Origin: a virus | DNA: 64,000 nucleotides | Strand: one strand, 5' to 3' | IMG/VR virus record: IMGVR_UViG_3300040759_000032 | Coordinates: 1-64,000 of that record | Shown: piece after piece, positions 47,717 through 58,858 of the stretch | Position numbering within the stretch: position 1 is the first letter of the stretch | Layout of the letters: every line of letters starts with the position of its first letter | Notes under the pieces: model-generated | Told to the model about the DNA's origin: nothing | The model's database searches: none | The model's input: only the letters and a program-made list of their open reading frames with translations | Translations under genes and position numbers: made by a program

Positions 47717-48112
47717 TCATCGGACGTCAGCCCCCAATCGCCCCTCGGTGATCTTTCGCGGGGAGTTTCCGTCAGCCCACGGCCGGATGCTGACTGACCG
47801 GCCGGACACGAAGGGGCACGCCTGGCGGACGTACACGGCGCACGGCGGGCATACCGGGGGCTCATCGAAACGGAGGGTCAGCACCTGGCGGGGGCCGCAC
47901 ACCAGCACAGGGCGGCGACCGCAGGGGTTGCCGCAGGACTGGCACAGGGAATCGCGCCAGCACATTTCATAGCGTGCGGTGTGCGGGGACCGGAAGTCGG
48001 TGCCCCCGTCCCGAAGCTCCGCGTTGACCCAGGCCTGCGCGATTCCGCCGCGGACAGGCCGGTGGGCGAGGCTCGCCGGGATGGGCGGGCGGACGTCGTC
48101 AGCCACGGTCAT
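47717..48112 (-). CDS. Cys-rich hypothetical phage protein
   Basis: LCQSCG, EPPVCPPCAVY...CPFV. Confidence 0.6.
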   Translation of the reverse strand: MTVADDVRPPIPASLAHRPVRGGIAQAWVNAELRDGGTDFRSPHTARYEMCWRDSLCQSCGNPCGRRPVLVCGPRQVLTLRFDEPPVCPPCAVYVRQACPFVSGRSVSIRPWADGNSPRKITEGRLGADVR

Positions 48113-48332
48113 CACCCGGCCCGTCGGCGAGAGCCCCGATCGAGACCCCGAACGCCCCGGCGAGCAGAGCGGCCACGTCAAGGGTCGCCCCGGTCTTCGC
48201 CGCCTCGATGCAGCTGACCGTCGCCTTGTTGATCCCGGCTCGGCGGCCGAGCTCCTCCATGCTCCAGCCGCGGGCCTTCCGCTCCCGGCGGACCGAGGCG
48301 GCGAACACGGCGCGGACATCCTGGTCAGGCAT
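48099..48332 (-). CDS. XRE HTH protein
   Basis: VRRERKARGWSMEELGRRAGINKATVSCIE. Confidence 0.85.
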   Translation of the reverse strand: MPDQDVRAVFAASVRRERKARGWSMEELGRRAGINKATVSCIEAAKTGATLDVAALLAGAFGVSIGALADGPGDDRG

Positions 48333-48795
48333 GGTCGAACCCTCCTGTCACGGTCAGGGTCAGTCCGGGGGCGATCTCCCCGCAGGGCCATGAGTCCCGG
48401 GCGAACGCGGCGGCGGATGCGGTGTCAAGCCCGGAGCGGGTGAGCCAGCCCATGCGCCGGGCGATGTCGACCTCGGCGGTCGGCCAGGCGCGCTTGGCGC
48501 CTGTCCCCTCAGTGCTCCCCTGGTGGTTGACTCGCCGTTCAGGCTTCAGCCAGCCCTGCCGCGCCCAGTAGTCAAGCTGGCGGTAGGTGATCCCCATCTC
48601 GGCCTCGAGGTGCTTGCTGCACGCGGGAAGGCCCTCGCTGGCCGCCTTCGAAGGGCAGTGCGGGCAGTCGGCCAGCCTCGCGTCGCATTCAAGGCAATAG
48701 CGGGCAGTCGGGCTCCGGCCCGTCACCGGGTTCCCGCACGTGCAGTAGTGGTGAATCCGCTCCGCCGGGGCGATCGCAGGCAGGGTCTCAGCCAC
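48325..48795 (-). CDS. Zn-finger plus MerR-type HTH protein
   Basis: GITYRQLDYWARQGWLKP. Confidence 0.75.
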   Translation of the reverse strand: MAETLPAIAPAERIHHYCTCGNPVTGRSPTARYCLECDARLADCPHCPSKAASEGLPACSKHLEAEMGITYRQLDYWARQGWLKPERRVNHQGSTEGTGAKRAWPTAEVDIARRMGWLTRSGLDTASAAAFARDSWPCGEIAPGLTLTVTGGFDHA

Positions 48796-49627
48796 GGCCC
48801 GCCTCCCCGCTGTCGAGCTTCTCGGCCGCGAGGAACGCGACGCTCAGCAGGACGCTCGCGGGCGCGGGCATGCCCGTCTGCTCCTCCATCGCGTCCTGCA
48901 CGCACGAAAGCGCCTGCGCGACGGCCATGACGACCCGGCCCAGCGGGAACGTGAAGGGGAACTCCACGAGCAGGCTCTCGGCGACGTCCGACGCGATGTC
49001 GCCGTAGACCTCGCCGCCGAGGCCGGGGATCCGGTTGGCCGGGTCGCGGAGCCATGCGAGGGCCTCCTCGGTCTTCGCCTCCAGTTCGCCCCGCGTCGGC
49101 GCGGTCACGTCAGGCATCGGACGGCTCCCGCTTCACGAACCGGTACCGCTTGATGAGCTCCGTCCCGAGCCAGTCGGCGAGCTCCTGCCAGTCAGCTCCC
49201 CGGTCCTCCCTCGCGGCGAGCCCGGCGGGCAGCGCGGCGCGGATGAAACCCGCGACGTCGCCCGCCTCCGGCGCCTCGTCGGCCATCGCCACGGCGACCG
49301 CGGCCATCTGCCGAACCAGCGAGGCGCTCAGCGTCTCCCTGTTCCCGCCGATGGCGAACGTCACCCCGCCGTCAGCCGAGCGGTAAACGTCCAGCCCCCG
49401 AAACAGGTGCGTCCTCGGCGTCGGGCCGAGGTCCGGCCGTTCCAGCGTCACCGGGGACGGGACTCCCGCCGCCTCGTACATCGCCCGCGCGTGCTCGTCG
49501 ATCTCCAGCGGGTCGACGAAGAACGGCTGCCCGCCCACCGCGATCGCGCAGCGGGCACCGTGGACGGTCATGATCCGCCGGACCTCCAGCCATCCGCCCG
49601 AGTCGTCAACCCGCCTGTAGTCCCCCA

Positions 49628-50521
49628 TCAGGTAGCCCCCGTCATCTCGGTCACGCGCGGGAACTCCCGAACACGGAGATCTTCCGGCCAAGCGGCCATG
49701 TCGCCGCCCTTGGGGCCCGCGCCAAGCTGCTTGCCGAGGACAGATCCGAGCTGCTTGACGAAGACGGGCGTGCCGGTCTCGACGCACTCATCGACGAGGT
49801 TCCGCGCCCATCCCTCGGCCATGCGGCGCGCGCCCGGACCGCTCTCGCCGCCGACGATCACCCAGTCAAGCGCCGGGCCGGGCGTCTCCCACGGGCGCGA
49901 GAGGTTGACCCTCGGGCCGCCGCCGATCGGCGGGATCCACCGGCCGGGGAACAGGGTGACCGGGCCTAGCAGTGGCTCGGCGCTGACGAACCGGAGCGCC
50001 GCTGGCGTGGCCAGCAAAGCGGGAATGCGGAGGTCCGCCCAATGCGGGTCTTCGACGGAGACGCCGAGCCACAGGTTCGGCAGGGGCCAGTTCACGCGCC
50101 TCGCGGAATGGCCGTCCAGTGACCACACGAGCGCCTTGACGACCTCCGCGAACCTCGGGCCGTCCAGCAGGACTCGCATCCGCGCGTGCCGCTTCGTGAG
50201 CAACTGGTAGGTGTGCTGAGGCGTCACGGCCATGACCGCGAAGACCTGCGCGATGTAGTCGTCGGGCACGTCCGCGTGGAACAGGTCGCTCATGGAGTTG
50301 ACGAAGATCCGCCGAGGCCGCTTCCAGCGGATCGGGTCCTCAAGTTTCGCCGGGCGCAGCACCACGTCAAAGCCGCGCTCGAAGTAGTGGCCCGGCGTGC
50401 CCCTCCACCGCTCGGCGAAGGTGGACGCATAGCAATTGTCGCAGCCGTCGGAGACCTTCGCGCAGCCCGTAACAGGGTTCCACGTGGCGTCGGTCCACTC
50501 GATCTTGCTGTCGTCGCTCAC
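49628..50521 (-). CDS. Phage Gp37/Gp68 (DUF5131) family protein
   Basis: KIEWTDATWNPVTGC.KVSDGCDNCYA, FVNSMSDLFH, SAEPLLG, WVIVGGESG. Confidence 0.92.
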   Translation of the reverse strand: MSDDSKIEWTDATWNPVTGCAKVSDGCDNCYASTFAERWRGTPGHYFERGFDVVLRPAKLEDPIRWKRPRRIFVNSMSDLFHADVPDDYIAQVFAVMAVTPQHTYQLLTKRHARMRVLLDGPRFAEVVKALVWSLDGHSARRVNWPLPNLWLGVSVEDPHWADLRIPALLATPAALRFVSAEPLLGPVTLFPGRWIPPIGGGPRVNLSRPWETPGPALDWVIVGGESGPGARRMAEGWARNLVDECVETGTPVFVKQLGSVLGKQLGAGPKGGDMAAWPEDLRVREFPRVTEMTGAT

Positions 50522-52041
50522 AATGCCGCCGCCCAGTCCGACGGGATCTCCGCCTGCCGCGAGGCGAACCACGGCGGGTCGGTCAGGTCCGGGTCTCCCG
50601 CCTCGTGCCGCTCCTCGCACCAGCACTCCCGGTGCCGCCAGTGCCGCCCGGCCTCCCGGTCGTCGTCCTCGAGCGCGAGCTCGCGCCCGGATCGGAGAGG
50701 GCGGTGCGTCATCTCTTCCACGGCTTCTCCAGCTCGCGGATGAACTTCCACCGGGCGTACCGGACCATCACCGCGAGCCGTGCCCGCTTCGGCAGGCTCC
50801 CCGCCCACGCCGCGAGCCTCCGCAGCCGGAGAAGCGCCAAGCCGATTCCCCCCAAGATCACAGCCGCCCCCAGTGGTCCCGTCGCCAGCAGCACCCTTAG
50901 CGCCCCGCTCAACGTCCATGCCGCTTCCTCGCCGTCTTCCGCACCCAGTCGATGCCGTCCTCGCCGCACAGCCCGGCCGCGACCCCGTAGAGCGCCACCC
51001 AGCCGGCCGCCGCCGCGATCGCACGCGCCTTCCGCCGCCGCCCGCTCACCAGTCGCCTCGCTCTGCCAGCGCCAGGTCGAACTCGGCCAGGACCGCGGTC
51101 CCGCCGAGGACGGAGTCCCAGATCGCCTGCATCGCCGCGTAGGCGTCGTGCTGGCCTCTCGCGACCTGCTCGAGAACGGGCTCGAGGGCGAGCAGCACCT
51201 TCGCGATCTCGTGGTCCCGCATGCCCGGCAGCGCAGACCGCAGCTGTCCCGCGAGGTCCTCGGCGAGCGTCTGCGTCCCGTCGCTCGCAACCCGGAGCCA
51301 CTCCGCGAGGACGCGCAGGCGGCACTCCTCGGGGATCGTGTAGGCCGGGCCCGCCCCTGTCGCGTCGGCGGCCGGGAGAGGGGCGCGCACGGGAAAGGGC
51401 TCCGGTTCCGGTTCCGGTTCCGGTTCCCGGCGGGGCTCCGGCCGGGGCGCGGGCTCCCGCACCAGGGCCGGCCACAGGGCGTCCGCCACCCACATCCGCC
51501 ACAGCCACAGCCGCGCCCTCACGTCCGCCTCCCCGTCCTTCTCCGCGCGGTCAGCTCCGCGTGCCGCTCCTGCGCCGCCAGGGCCTGCGTCCCGGCCTTG
51601 TCCGACCATGCGCGCCTCAGCGTGACGAGGTCGTGCAGTTCCCCGCCGTCCAGCGGCTCGCCGTCCCCCGGCACCCGCAGGGGCCGGGCCCAGGCCGCGA
51701 GCATCCTCAGCCGCCTCACGACTCGCCTCCGTGGCCGTGGTCGTGCGCCTGCCAGGCAGCCGCAGCGTGGGCGGCGGAGGCGTGCGCCAGCATGAAGCCC
51801 CGCAGCGCGTCGCATCCCGTGCCGGTGATCACGACCCGCCCGCCCTCCTCGAGCACCAGCAGGACATGAGCCTCGATGTCAGCCGGGGCGACCCCTGTGA
51901 GGCTCCCGACGGCGACCCGCTTCTCGAGGAGCGTCTCGGGCGGCGGCGGCGTCCTGCGGCGCTTGAGAAACCGCTTCACCCATCCGCGCAGGCACATGAG
52001 CGCCATCAGCGCCGCCAGCGACGCCACGGGCAGCCACGCGA

Positions 52042-52539
52042 TCACGCCGCAGCCTCCTCACCGGGAGAGGCGAACGACCACTTGCCGTCATCCGTCGGCC
52101 ACGCCGTGAACCCCGAGCCGGGCGAGGTGAAGACCATCACCGGGATGAGCGCCGGATCGCGGTAGGACCGGACCGTGTACCCCTTCGCCTCGTCCGACGG
52201 ATCGCGGCGGGAGTCGATTCGCTCATGGCAGCCGGTCGTCCCGGTGCCAAGGACCGTGATGAGGTTCGACGGGGAGTTGTCCCCGCCCTGGCTCCGGCGC
52301 TTGCGATGCTGGAGGCTGTAGGGCTGACCGACGACGGAGCGGCCGCAGCAGACGCAGGCGTGGCCATCGCGATCGAGGACGAGCTTCCGCACCGCCGGTG
52401 ACGGCCCGGTGTCGCGGGCGGCCTTGCGCTTGCGCGCGGTGCGCTCGATGGAACTGCCCCGGGCGAGCCCCGCAGTCCGCTTCAACGGGCTGACCGTCTT
52501 CAGCGGCTTCCCGCGCCGCAGCGGCTGGCCGCGCTTCAC
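52042..52539 (-). CDS. HNH-like endonuclease
   Basis: RDGHACVCCG...QHRKRRSQGG...NL...GCH. Confidence 0.75.
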   Translation of the reverse strand: MKRGQPLRRGKPLKTVSPLKRTAGLARGSSIERTARKRKAARDTGPSPAVRKLVLDRDGHACVCCGRSVVGQPYSLQHRKRRSQGGDNSPSNLITVLGTGTTGCHERIDSRRDPSDEAKGYTVRSYRDPALIPVMVFTSPGSGFTAWPTDDGKWSFASPGEEAAA

Positions 52540-52789
52540 CGGGCACCCCCGGCAGGACGGCGAGACAGGTCGCGGGGATCGGTCCCCGCCCCGGCCAGGT
52601 CGATCACCTGGACCGGGGTCGTCTCCGGGTTCATGCCGCCCGCCTTGAGCATGCACGCGAAGCACCTCCCGGACGTGGCGCTCTCCGGTATGCCGCCGCC
52701 GGCACCCCCGAAGTAGTCCGCCTCCGGCGTGCAGGTGTACGTGCGCTTGCAGTCCCGGCAGGTGACCTGCTGCCAGGCGGCGTTGAAGG

Positions 52790-53842
52790 TCATGACGCCA
52801 CCGCCGAATGCGGCGGGAGCTGCCGCCACCAGTACGCCAGGTAAGCCCGCAGCACCCCGCTCTTCCCTGCCCGGTCTTCGGCCCAGTGGTCGATTACCCC
52901 GGCCTCGGTCGCGTCTTTCACCAGTTCCTCCACGTCCTCCCGGGTGACGCTGGAGTCGGCGAGGTCCGCGAAGTACTGGGCGGTCAGCCCGGCCATGGAC
53001 GGGCCGGTCGGCTTCGCCGGCGGGGCCTCGATCGCTCGGGCCTCCGCCCGCCCGGCCTCGATCGCCTGCGCCCCCGCGGTGCCGCGCTGAAGCTGCGCCA
53101 CGAGCCCGCCCGGCCCCGGGGGAAGCTGGCCTTTCGCCAACTCCTCCACGCTCAGCCCGATCTGGAGCATCGGCACGGGGTACGGGGAGCCGTCCTCGGC
53201 CCGGTACCGCCACTGGATGTAGAGGATCGCAGGGAGGTACGCCCCGCCTTCGCGCGCCATGACCATCGCGTCGCCCGCCCCGGAGGTCTCCACCGCGGCG
53301 TTCTCGCTGCCGGTGTTGAGCCGCCACACCCCGGTCAGGCCAGGGAGTTCGGGGATCGTGACGTTGATCCTGGTGAGCGGCTTGCACGCCTGCGGATGCT
53401 GGAGCTTGGCCAGCTTCTTCCGCTCCTCGCGGGCCCGCTGCACGGACGCCGGGTCATCAGGGTCGGCCGCGCGGGGGCACATGCACGGCTTCCCGGAGAT
53501 CGACTCGATGATCCCGTCGCAGTGCCTGAGCCGCTTGGGGCCGTCCCACAGCTCCATGTTCGCGTCCACCGCGAGCTCGCGCGGGGGCACCCAGACGTCG
53601 AGCGCCTTGCGGTCGGTGGTGACCTCCCAGCGGCCCTTGCGCTGCGACCACGGGGCGACCTCGCCGCCGTAGTGCGCGGCGACCTGTCGGGCGTTGTGCT
53701 CGGAGGCGGTCGTGAAGCGGAACGTCTCGAGGCGGACCGGCTTGCGGTAGTCCTTGCCCGGCACCTGCACGGAGGTCCCGATGCGGATCTCGCCGAGCGG
53801 TGCGTCGCGGCGCTGGAGGTCGAGGATCCCGTTGATCGGCAT
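52790..53842 (-). CDS. Actinophage recombination-directionality-factor-like (Gp3-like) recombination protein
   Basis: ILDLQRR...LGEIRIG...LETFRFTT, CDG...CMC, CKPLTRINV, GVWRLNTGSENAA. Confidence 0.75.
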   Translation of the reverse strand: MPINGILDLQRRDAPLGEIRIGTSVQVPGKDYRKPVRLETFRFTTASEHNARQVAAHYGGEVAPWSQRKGRWEVTTDRKALDVWVPPRELAVDANMELWDGPKRLRHCDGIIESISGKPCMCPRAADPDDPASVQRAREERKKLAKLQHPQACKPLTRINVTIPELPGLTGVWRLNTGSENAAVETSGAGDAMVMAREGGAYLPAILYIQWRYRAEDGSPYPVPMLQIGLSVEELAKGQLPPGPGGLVAQLQRGTAGAQAIEAGRAEARAIEAPPAKPTGPSMAGLTAQYFADLADSSVTREDVEELVKDATEAGVIDHWAEDRAGKSGVLRAYLAYWWRQLPPHSAVAS

Positions 53843-55077
53843 AACGCGGCCTCCCATCCTGTGACGGCGCCGGCGGGGACTGCCTGCAGGGCCGCTCGCA
53901 CGTCGTCGCCCTTGAGGGCGAGATGGTGGTCGGCGAGCATCTCGCGGACCGTCTCGATGAGCTTCGGGCCGATGCCGATCCTGGCCTTGAGGAGCTCCGC
54001 CGCGCTGAACTCGGCGACCGCCGCCAGCTCCGCGTCCGCGCCGAGCGCCTTCCGCAGCGGTGACAGGGCGCGCCCGTAGCCCTCGCCCGCGAGGTCGCAC
54101 AGGCGCGGGCCGGGCATGGTGCCGTCCGCCCGCAGCGGCCGGACCGCCGGGCCGGGCTTGGCCTTGACGTCCTGCCGTTCCCGGTAGACGCTGGCGGCCT
54201 TCCGGAACCGCCGCCACGCCAGCTCATCGTCCCCTGCGGACACCAGCATCAGGAGGTAGCCGCCCGGGTAGTCGGGGCGCAGGTGGAGGACCATCCCGCA
54301 GTCCGTCTCGATCATCGGGCGGACGTCGCCGAGAGTCGGCGCGCACTCCGGGGCGCGACGGTACGCGGACAGCTGCTCCTTCCACGTTCCCTCCGGCTCC
54401 TTGCCGGTCTTCGTGTCGATGCAGATCCGCAGCACCGCGCCGGGCCGGGCGACAATCTCATCGGCCCCGCGCGGCCCGGTGCCGCGGCTGATCGCGTAGC
54501 CGCGCAGCTCGACGATCATGTCGAGGGTGCCCGCGTAGCCGAGCGGCTGGTTGTAGACCGTCATCTCGGTGGCGAGGAAGCGGGGGCTGAAGTCGGAGAC
54601 GAACCGGATGAACCCGTCGACCATCCAGTCGACGACTGTGGCCAGCTTCTCGGATTTCCCGCCGCCCAGGTCGTACTCCGCCCCCTCGAGGTGCTCGGGC
54701 AGGAGGGGGATGCTGATGGTCGAGCCTTCGCCGTCGCGGGACGCCGCCCACAGGATGAGTGCCTGCTGGACGTCGTGGACCCAGACGCCGGCCTCGCTCT
54801 TGAGGTCCCGCTTGCGCTCCGCCTCGCCCGCCGCCAGCCTGACCGCCGCGTCGCGGCCCTCGAGCCGCTTCGCCCGGGCCAGCGCGCCGAGGTTGTCGAC
54901 GGCCCACTTCGAAGCCGTGCTCCCGTACCAGGCCTTCAGCCACGGCTTGGAGTCGGTGCCGCTGATCAGCGTGGTCACCGAGTCGAGCAGCTCGTTCGTC
55001 GGCGGGTAGGTGTAGTAGCGGGACCCGTCGGCGTTCGTCACCGAGACGGGCCGGGCCTCTTCCATAACTGCGGTCAT
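53335..55077 (-). CDS. PD-(D/E)XK (RecB/Cas4-like) exonuclease with RNAP alpha-CTD-like HhH tail; 3' end overlaps the next gene by about 500 nt
   Basis: SVTTLIS, E..VY....GYAGTLD, IDTKTGK, QLSAY. Confidence 0.8.
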   Translation of the reverse strand: MTAVMEEARPVSVTNADGSRYYTYPPTNELLDSVTTLISGTDSKPWLKAWYGSTASKWAVDNLGALARAKRLEGRDAAVRLAAGEAERKRDLKSEAGVWVHDVQQALILWAASRDGEGSTISIPLLPEHLEGAEYDLGGGKSEKLATVVDWMVDGFIRFVSDFSPRFLATEMTVYNQPLGYAGTLDMIVELRGYAISRGTGPRGADEIVARPGAVLRICIDTKTGKEPEGTWKEQLSAYRRAPECAPTLGDVRPMIETDCGMVLHLRPDYPGGYLLMLVSAGDDELAWRRFRKAASVYRERQDVKAKPGPAVRPLRADGTMPGPRLCDLAGEGYGRALSPLRKALGADAELAAVAEFSAAELLKARIGIGPKLIETVREMLADHHLALKGDDVRAALQAVPAGAVTGWEAALCRSTGSSTSSAATHRSARSASGPPCRCRARTTASRSASRRSASRPPPSTTPDRSPRTTAARSPRGRSARAAGRSPPTARRSTSGCPRASSRWTRTWSCGTAPSGSGTATGSSSRSPGSRACAPARPTLMTRRPCSGPARSGRSWPSSSIRRRASRSPGSTSRSPNSLA

Positions 55078-56642
55078 GCCGTCACCCCAGCAACTGCGTT
55101 CTCAACGTTTTCGGTGCCGCTTTTCGCGGCGGGTGCGGACATGGCGGCGATGAGCGCGCCTGCCGCGGTCTCGACCCTCTCGGCGGCGGCGATGAGCTTC
55201 GCCTCGTCCGGGTCCGTCTCGTCCCTGAAGAGCGGGAGTCCCGCTTCCCAGAGCATCGCGGCGGGGTCGAGCGCCTTGTAGTCGTCGAGGGCGTGGGCGA
55301 GATCGAGGATCTGCCTGCCGAGCGCCGCGCGGCGGGGCAGTCCCATCGCCTCGTGCAGGGCGGCGTGGGCCTCCCGTACCGTCTCGGCCAGGGTGCGGGT
55401 CGCGGCGCTCACAGGTCGCCGCCAGGGTGGCCGAGGGCGAGCGCGGTGTCGGCGGCGTCGCGGATCCGCTTCTCCTGCGCGGCCAGCTCGTCGGCCATGC
55501 GGGCGACCTCGGCGCGCGCCGTCTCCGCCGCCGTGGCGATCCCCTCCGCGGTCTGCCGCGCCCACCCGGCGGTGGACCAGCGGACATGACGGCCGACGGG
55601 CCTGATCTCGTCCAGCCCGCACCAGTTGACCGGGAGGCCTTCCCGCCGGCCCATCTCGCGAGCCGTCTGCCGGAACAGGGGCAGCCCGCCGCTGCGGGGC
55701 TTGCGGACGTCGGCGGTGAACCTCGCGGCCCGCGCCCGGTAGTCGGGGGCAGGTCGCGCGCCGGGGACGGGGATGGCCTCCAGTCCGTGCAGGAGCCGCG
55801 TGTACTGGTCAGTGGTCTCCGGGACATGCCACCGCGGAGGGATGGCCGGGTACGGCCCCGGCGCGGGAGGCTCGGCGGCCGGGGTGAACGACGGGGCCGG
55901 GGGCTCCTCAACGGGAAGGGCGTCCACCACCTCCCGGACAGCGGCGAACGGCGCGGTCAGGTACGGTTTCCCCGTGGTCGGCAGGGGGCTCCCGTCCGAC
56001 ATGACGACGCCGGGGCGTCCGCCGGCGAACGACGGCACCGGGATCGGGCGGTGAACCGGGTGATCCGGGGGCAGCGTGGCCAGCGCCTCCGTGAGCGCCG
56101 CCTCGCTGAGATGCCTCGGGGCGCGGCGGCGGGGCAGGAACCGGAGGCCGCTCACGAGGTCGCCCCGCTTCCCGCGGTCGACGAGCGGAGGGCGGCCGCG
56201 CGGGCCTTGAGGTCGGCGAACCCCCGGTCGGGGCGCGCGACGCTCGCGGTGAGCTTCACCGCGCCGAACGGCTTCTCGGCCTTCTGCCCGCCCATGCCGT
56301 CGGGAAGGACCCTGACCCGCCATGCCGCCGCGACCCGCGTCAGCCAGGCGAGCTTGCCCTCGTAGTGGAGCCCGTCCGGGACGGGGATCTGGATCGTCAC
56401 CTTCTCCGGGACGCCCACAGGATCAGCGGTGGTGACGAAGTCGATCAGGCGGTGCAAGTCGGCCAGGAGGGCGGCGCGACTGCGCCCGGCCCCTTCGGCC
56501 TCATCAGTGATAGCGGTCATTCCGTCTCGCTCCGATCATCCGGGTTATCGTTGTGTCTCCGGATCGCTCCGGTCCGGGTCCGCCGGTGACGTCGGCGGCC
56601 CCTGGGGTCCCCCCGTCCTCGCGGGCGGGGGGCTTCAAATCT

Positions 56643-57108
56643 CTAGGCGGCCTTCGCCGCGATCTCGGCTAGCGCGTCGGCCACGGTCCCGCCCCCCGCG
56701 AGCAATGGCCGGACCTGTTTGTAGAAGGCCGTGAAGTCCCTCTGCCGCCGGTCGGCGGAGGTCCTCGCGTTCCTCGTCTGCGCGAGCAGCATGGACTTCG
56801 CGTGCTCAAGGTCGGCCGCGGTCATGTCGAGGGTTGCCGTGTACCGGCCGACGCTGGTGAGCATCGCGGGGGGGACGCCGGGGAACAGGGCGGCCTGGAA
56901 CAGGTCGCCGCTGGAGCGGTTGGCCTTGACCCAGTAGCCGACCTGGGAGGCGGCGAGGACGGCGGCCATCTCGTCGAGGAACTCCGGCCGGGCGAGGATC
57001 GCGGCCTTGACGGCCTCCGCGGCCTCGGCCTGCTGCCGGTCGCCGGCCAGGACCTGCGCGCCGTGGTCGGCGACGGCGGCCTTGAGCCACTCGGGGGGCT
57101 TCCTCATG
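56643..57108 (-). CDS. Hypothetical protein
   Basis: MRKPPEWL start after GGAGG RBS; start coordinate approximate. Confidence 0.55.
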
Positions 57109-57324
57109 CTGTCCTCCGGAGGGGGATGACGTTGGGGTCGGTCACGGGGGCCGCGACGCGGCAGTTCCGGCCGCAGCCCTTGCAGCGGGTCGTCTTCGCG
57201 CTGTCGCGGGCCTCCTGCCGGTGACCGCACCGCCCGCACTCGACGGTCACGTAGGTGACCACCTCGTGGTACTCGACGGTGCGGGCGCTGTTCGGGACGA
57301 CGGAGTCCCGGACCGGGGGGCGGG

Positions 57325-57636
57325 TCACGCCGACTTCCTGTAGGGAGCGGGCTGGCCCCAGTGCGTGAACGCAGTCAAGGGATCCATAACGCCGCCGCTC
57401 CCTGCGGCTCGGCAGGGGGCCTCGGCGTCCTCGTCTGCGAGCAGGTCCTCTGGTGCCGTGTCGGGCAGCTCCCTGGCGATCCGGACGATGACCTCGAAGC
57501 TGACGAACCGCTGGCCGCCGGACTCGATGTTGGCGAGGGTCTTGTACTTCACGCCGGCGAGCTCGGCGAACGGCGCGAGTTTCACCCCGAGCCGCCGGCG
57601 TCTCTCGCGGATCTCTGATCCCTTGACTGCTGGCAT
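57325..57636 (-). CDS. Cro-like XRE HTH protein heading the leftward early operon
   Basis: IRERRRRLGVKLAPFAELAGVKYKTLANIESG; TATTGT-N7-ATG. Confidence 0.8.
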   Translation of the reverse strand: MPAVKGSEIRERRRRLGVKLAPFAELAGVKYKTLANIESGGQRFVSFEVIVRIARELPDTAPEDLLADEDAEAPCRAAGSGGVMDPLTAFTHWGQPAPYRKSA

Positions 57637-57812
57637 GCACGAAACAATAGGAAGCAAGAGGAAGGTATGTCAAGTCATCGGAAGTGATTGACCGGATCGT
57701 GACCCTGTGGCCTAATCAATGGGAACCCACAGGAACGAAGCGGAAACAACATTGCTGCCACCGGAGGCACGTCAAGCTGACCCCGCATTTGATTCCTACA
57801 ATTTCCTAGTGC

Positions 57813-58502
57813 ATGGTTGTGGCCATGAATCAGCCTCACGAGGACCTGGCGCGCCTCGCCAGTTACGTCGTAGGCGCGCGCATCAAGGCGGGCTTCGCCA
57901 CCCGCAAGGACTTCGCCGCCGCGACGGGCATCACGGCGCGCACCCTCGGCAAGCTGGAGACTGCCGCAGGGCGCGTCTCCGCCGATACCCTTGCCCGCGT
58001 CACCGGGGTGCTCGGGTGGACTCCCGACTCCCCGGCGCTCGTGATGGCCGGGCGGGAGCCCGTCCCGGCCGGCGGCCGGCCGGAGCCGCCATCGCCGCCG
58101 CCGAGGCTCTCCGTCGCCCCGAGCCTCCCTCCCGCCGGGAGGCTCGGGGAATGGCTCACGAGCCTCCCCGACGAGGACATCGTGCGGGTGGTCGCCCACG
58201 ACCCGCTGCTCCGCCAGGTCTGGAACCTGGAGGACGGCACGGGGAAGCCGGCGGACCGGGCGCAGAGGATCGCGATGCTCGTCGTGGTCCTGACGCCGGT
58301 CGACCCGCTGGCCGCCGGGGTCGCGGAGAGGCACGAGGGAAGCGCGGGGTTAGGGCGCGCCGAAATCCCGCATATGAAGGAAATAGTAAAGATCCGGTCA
58401 CCCTCTGTCGTGCTCGTTAATAAGTCGTTAACCTCAGAAATGCCGCCCGTAGCAGGGCGCACGGCGCGCAAGCCGCGTCGCGCCCATTCACAGGAGGAAT
58501 GA
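57813..58502 (+). CDS. CI-like HTH repressor
   Basis: RIKAGFATRKDFAAATGITARTLGKLET; divergent from the Cro-like gene across an AT-rich spacer. Confidence 0.75.
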   Translation: MVVAMNQPHEDLARLASYVVGARIKAGFATRKDFAAATGITARTLGKLETAAGRVSADTLARVTGVLGWTPDSPALVMAGREPVPAGGRPEPPSPPPRLSVAPSLPPAGRLGEWLTSLPDEDIVRVVAHDPLLRQVWNLEDGTGKPADRAQRIAMLVVVLTPVDPLAAGVAERHEGSAGLGRAEIPHMKEIVKIRSPSVVLVNKSLTSEMPPVAGRTARKPRRAHSQEE

Positions 58503-58858
58503 AAGGCACCGCCCTCCCGCCCCCCCGGCGGGAGGAAGCAGGGGGGGAACACCAGAGCATGAACGATCCGATTGCGCGCGCCCCCGAGGCCGCGATGCTG
58601 GACCTCACCGCCCGCGCGCTGACGGCCGTCGAGGCGCTGATCGCGCTCCTCGGCCAGCGGGGCCCGGCGACGGAGATCACCCTCGCGACGATGGCGGCCC
58701 TCGAGCTCGCCGCCCCGCTCGGCAATGTCCGCCTCAGCGCCGAGCTGCTCGCCGGCTACGGCCGCCGGCGATGGCAGGAGGGATTCAGGGCCTGCGAGCA
58801 GGCGAGGGCCGCCGGGGAGGAGGCGAAGGCGGGACCGCGCCTGGTCTCCTCCCGTTAA
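58499..58858 (+). CDS. Hypothetical protein
   Basis: ATGA overlap with the repressor; helical sequence. Confidence 0.5.
   Translation: MKGTALPPPRREEAGGEHQSMNDPIARAPEAAMLDLTARALTAVEALIALLGQRGPATEITLATMAALELAAPLGNVRLSAELLAGYGRRRWQEGFRACEQARAAGEEAKAGPRLVSSR

Noticed and set aside
46977-47720. Long Pro/Ala/Gly-rich ORF and the many long plus-strand ORFs in the track
   Set aside because: Low-complexity or antisense shadow frames typical of very high-GC DNA; no motifs recognised
49628-50521. DUF5131 three-Cys protein as the maturase for the FxSxx peptide
   Set aside because: A common phage family, 13 kb away, lacking the CxxxCxxC/SPASM architecture of FxsB
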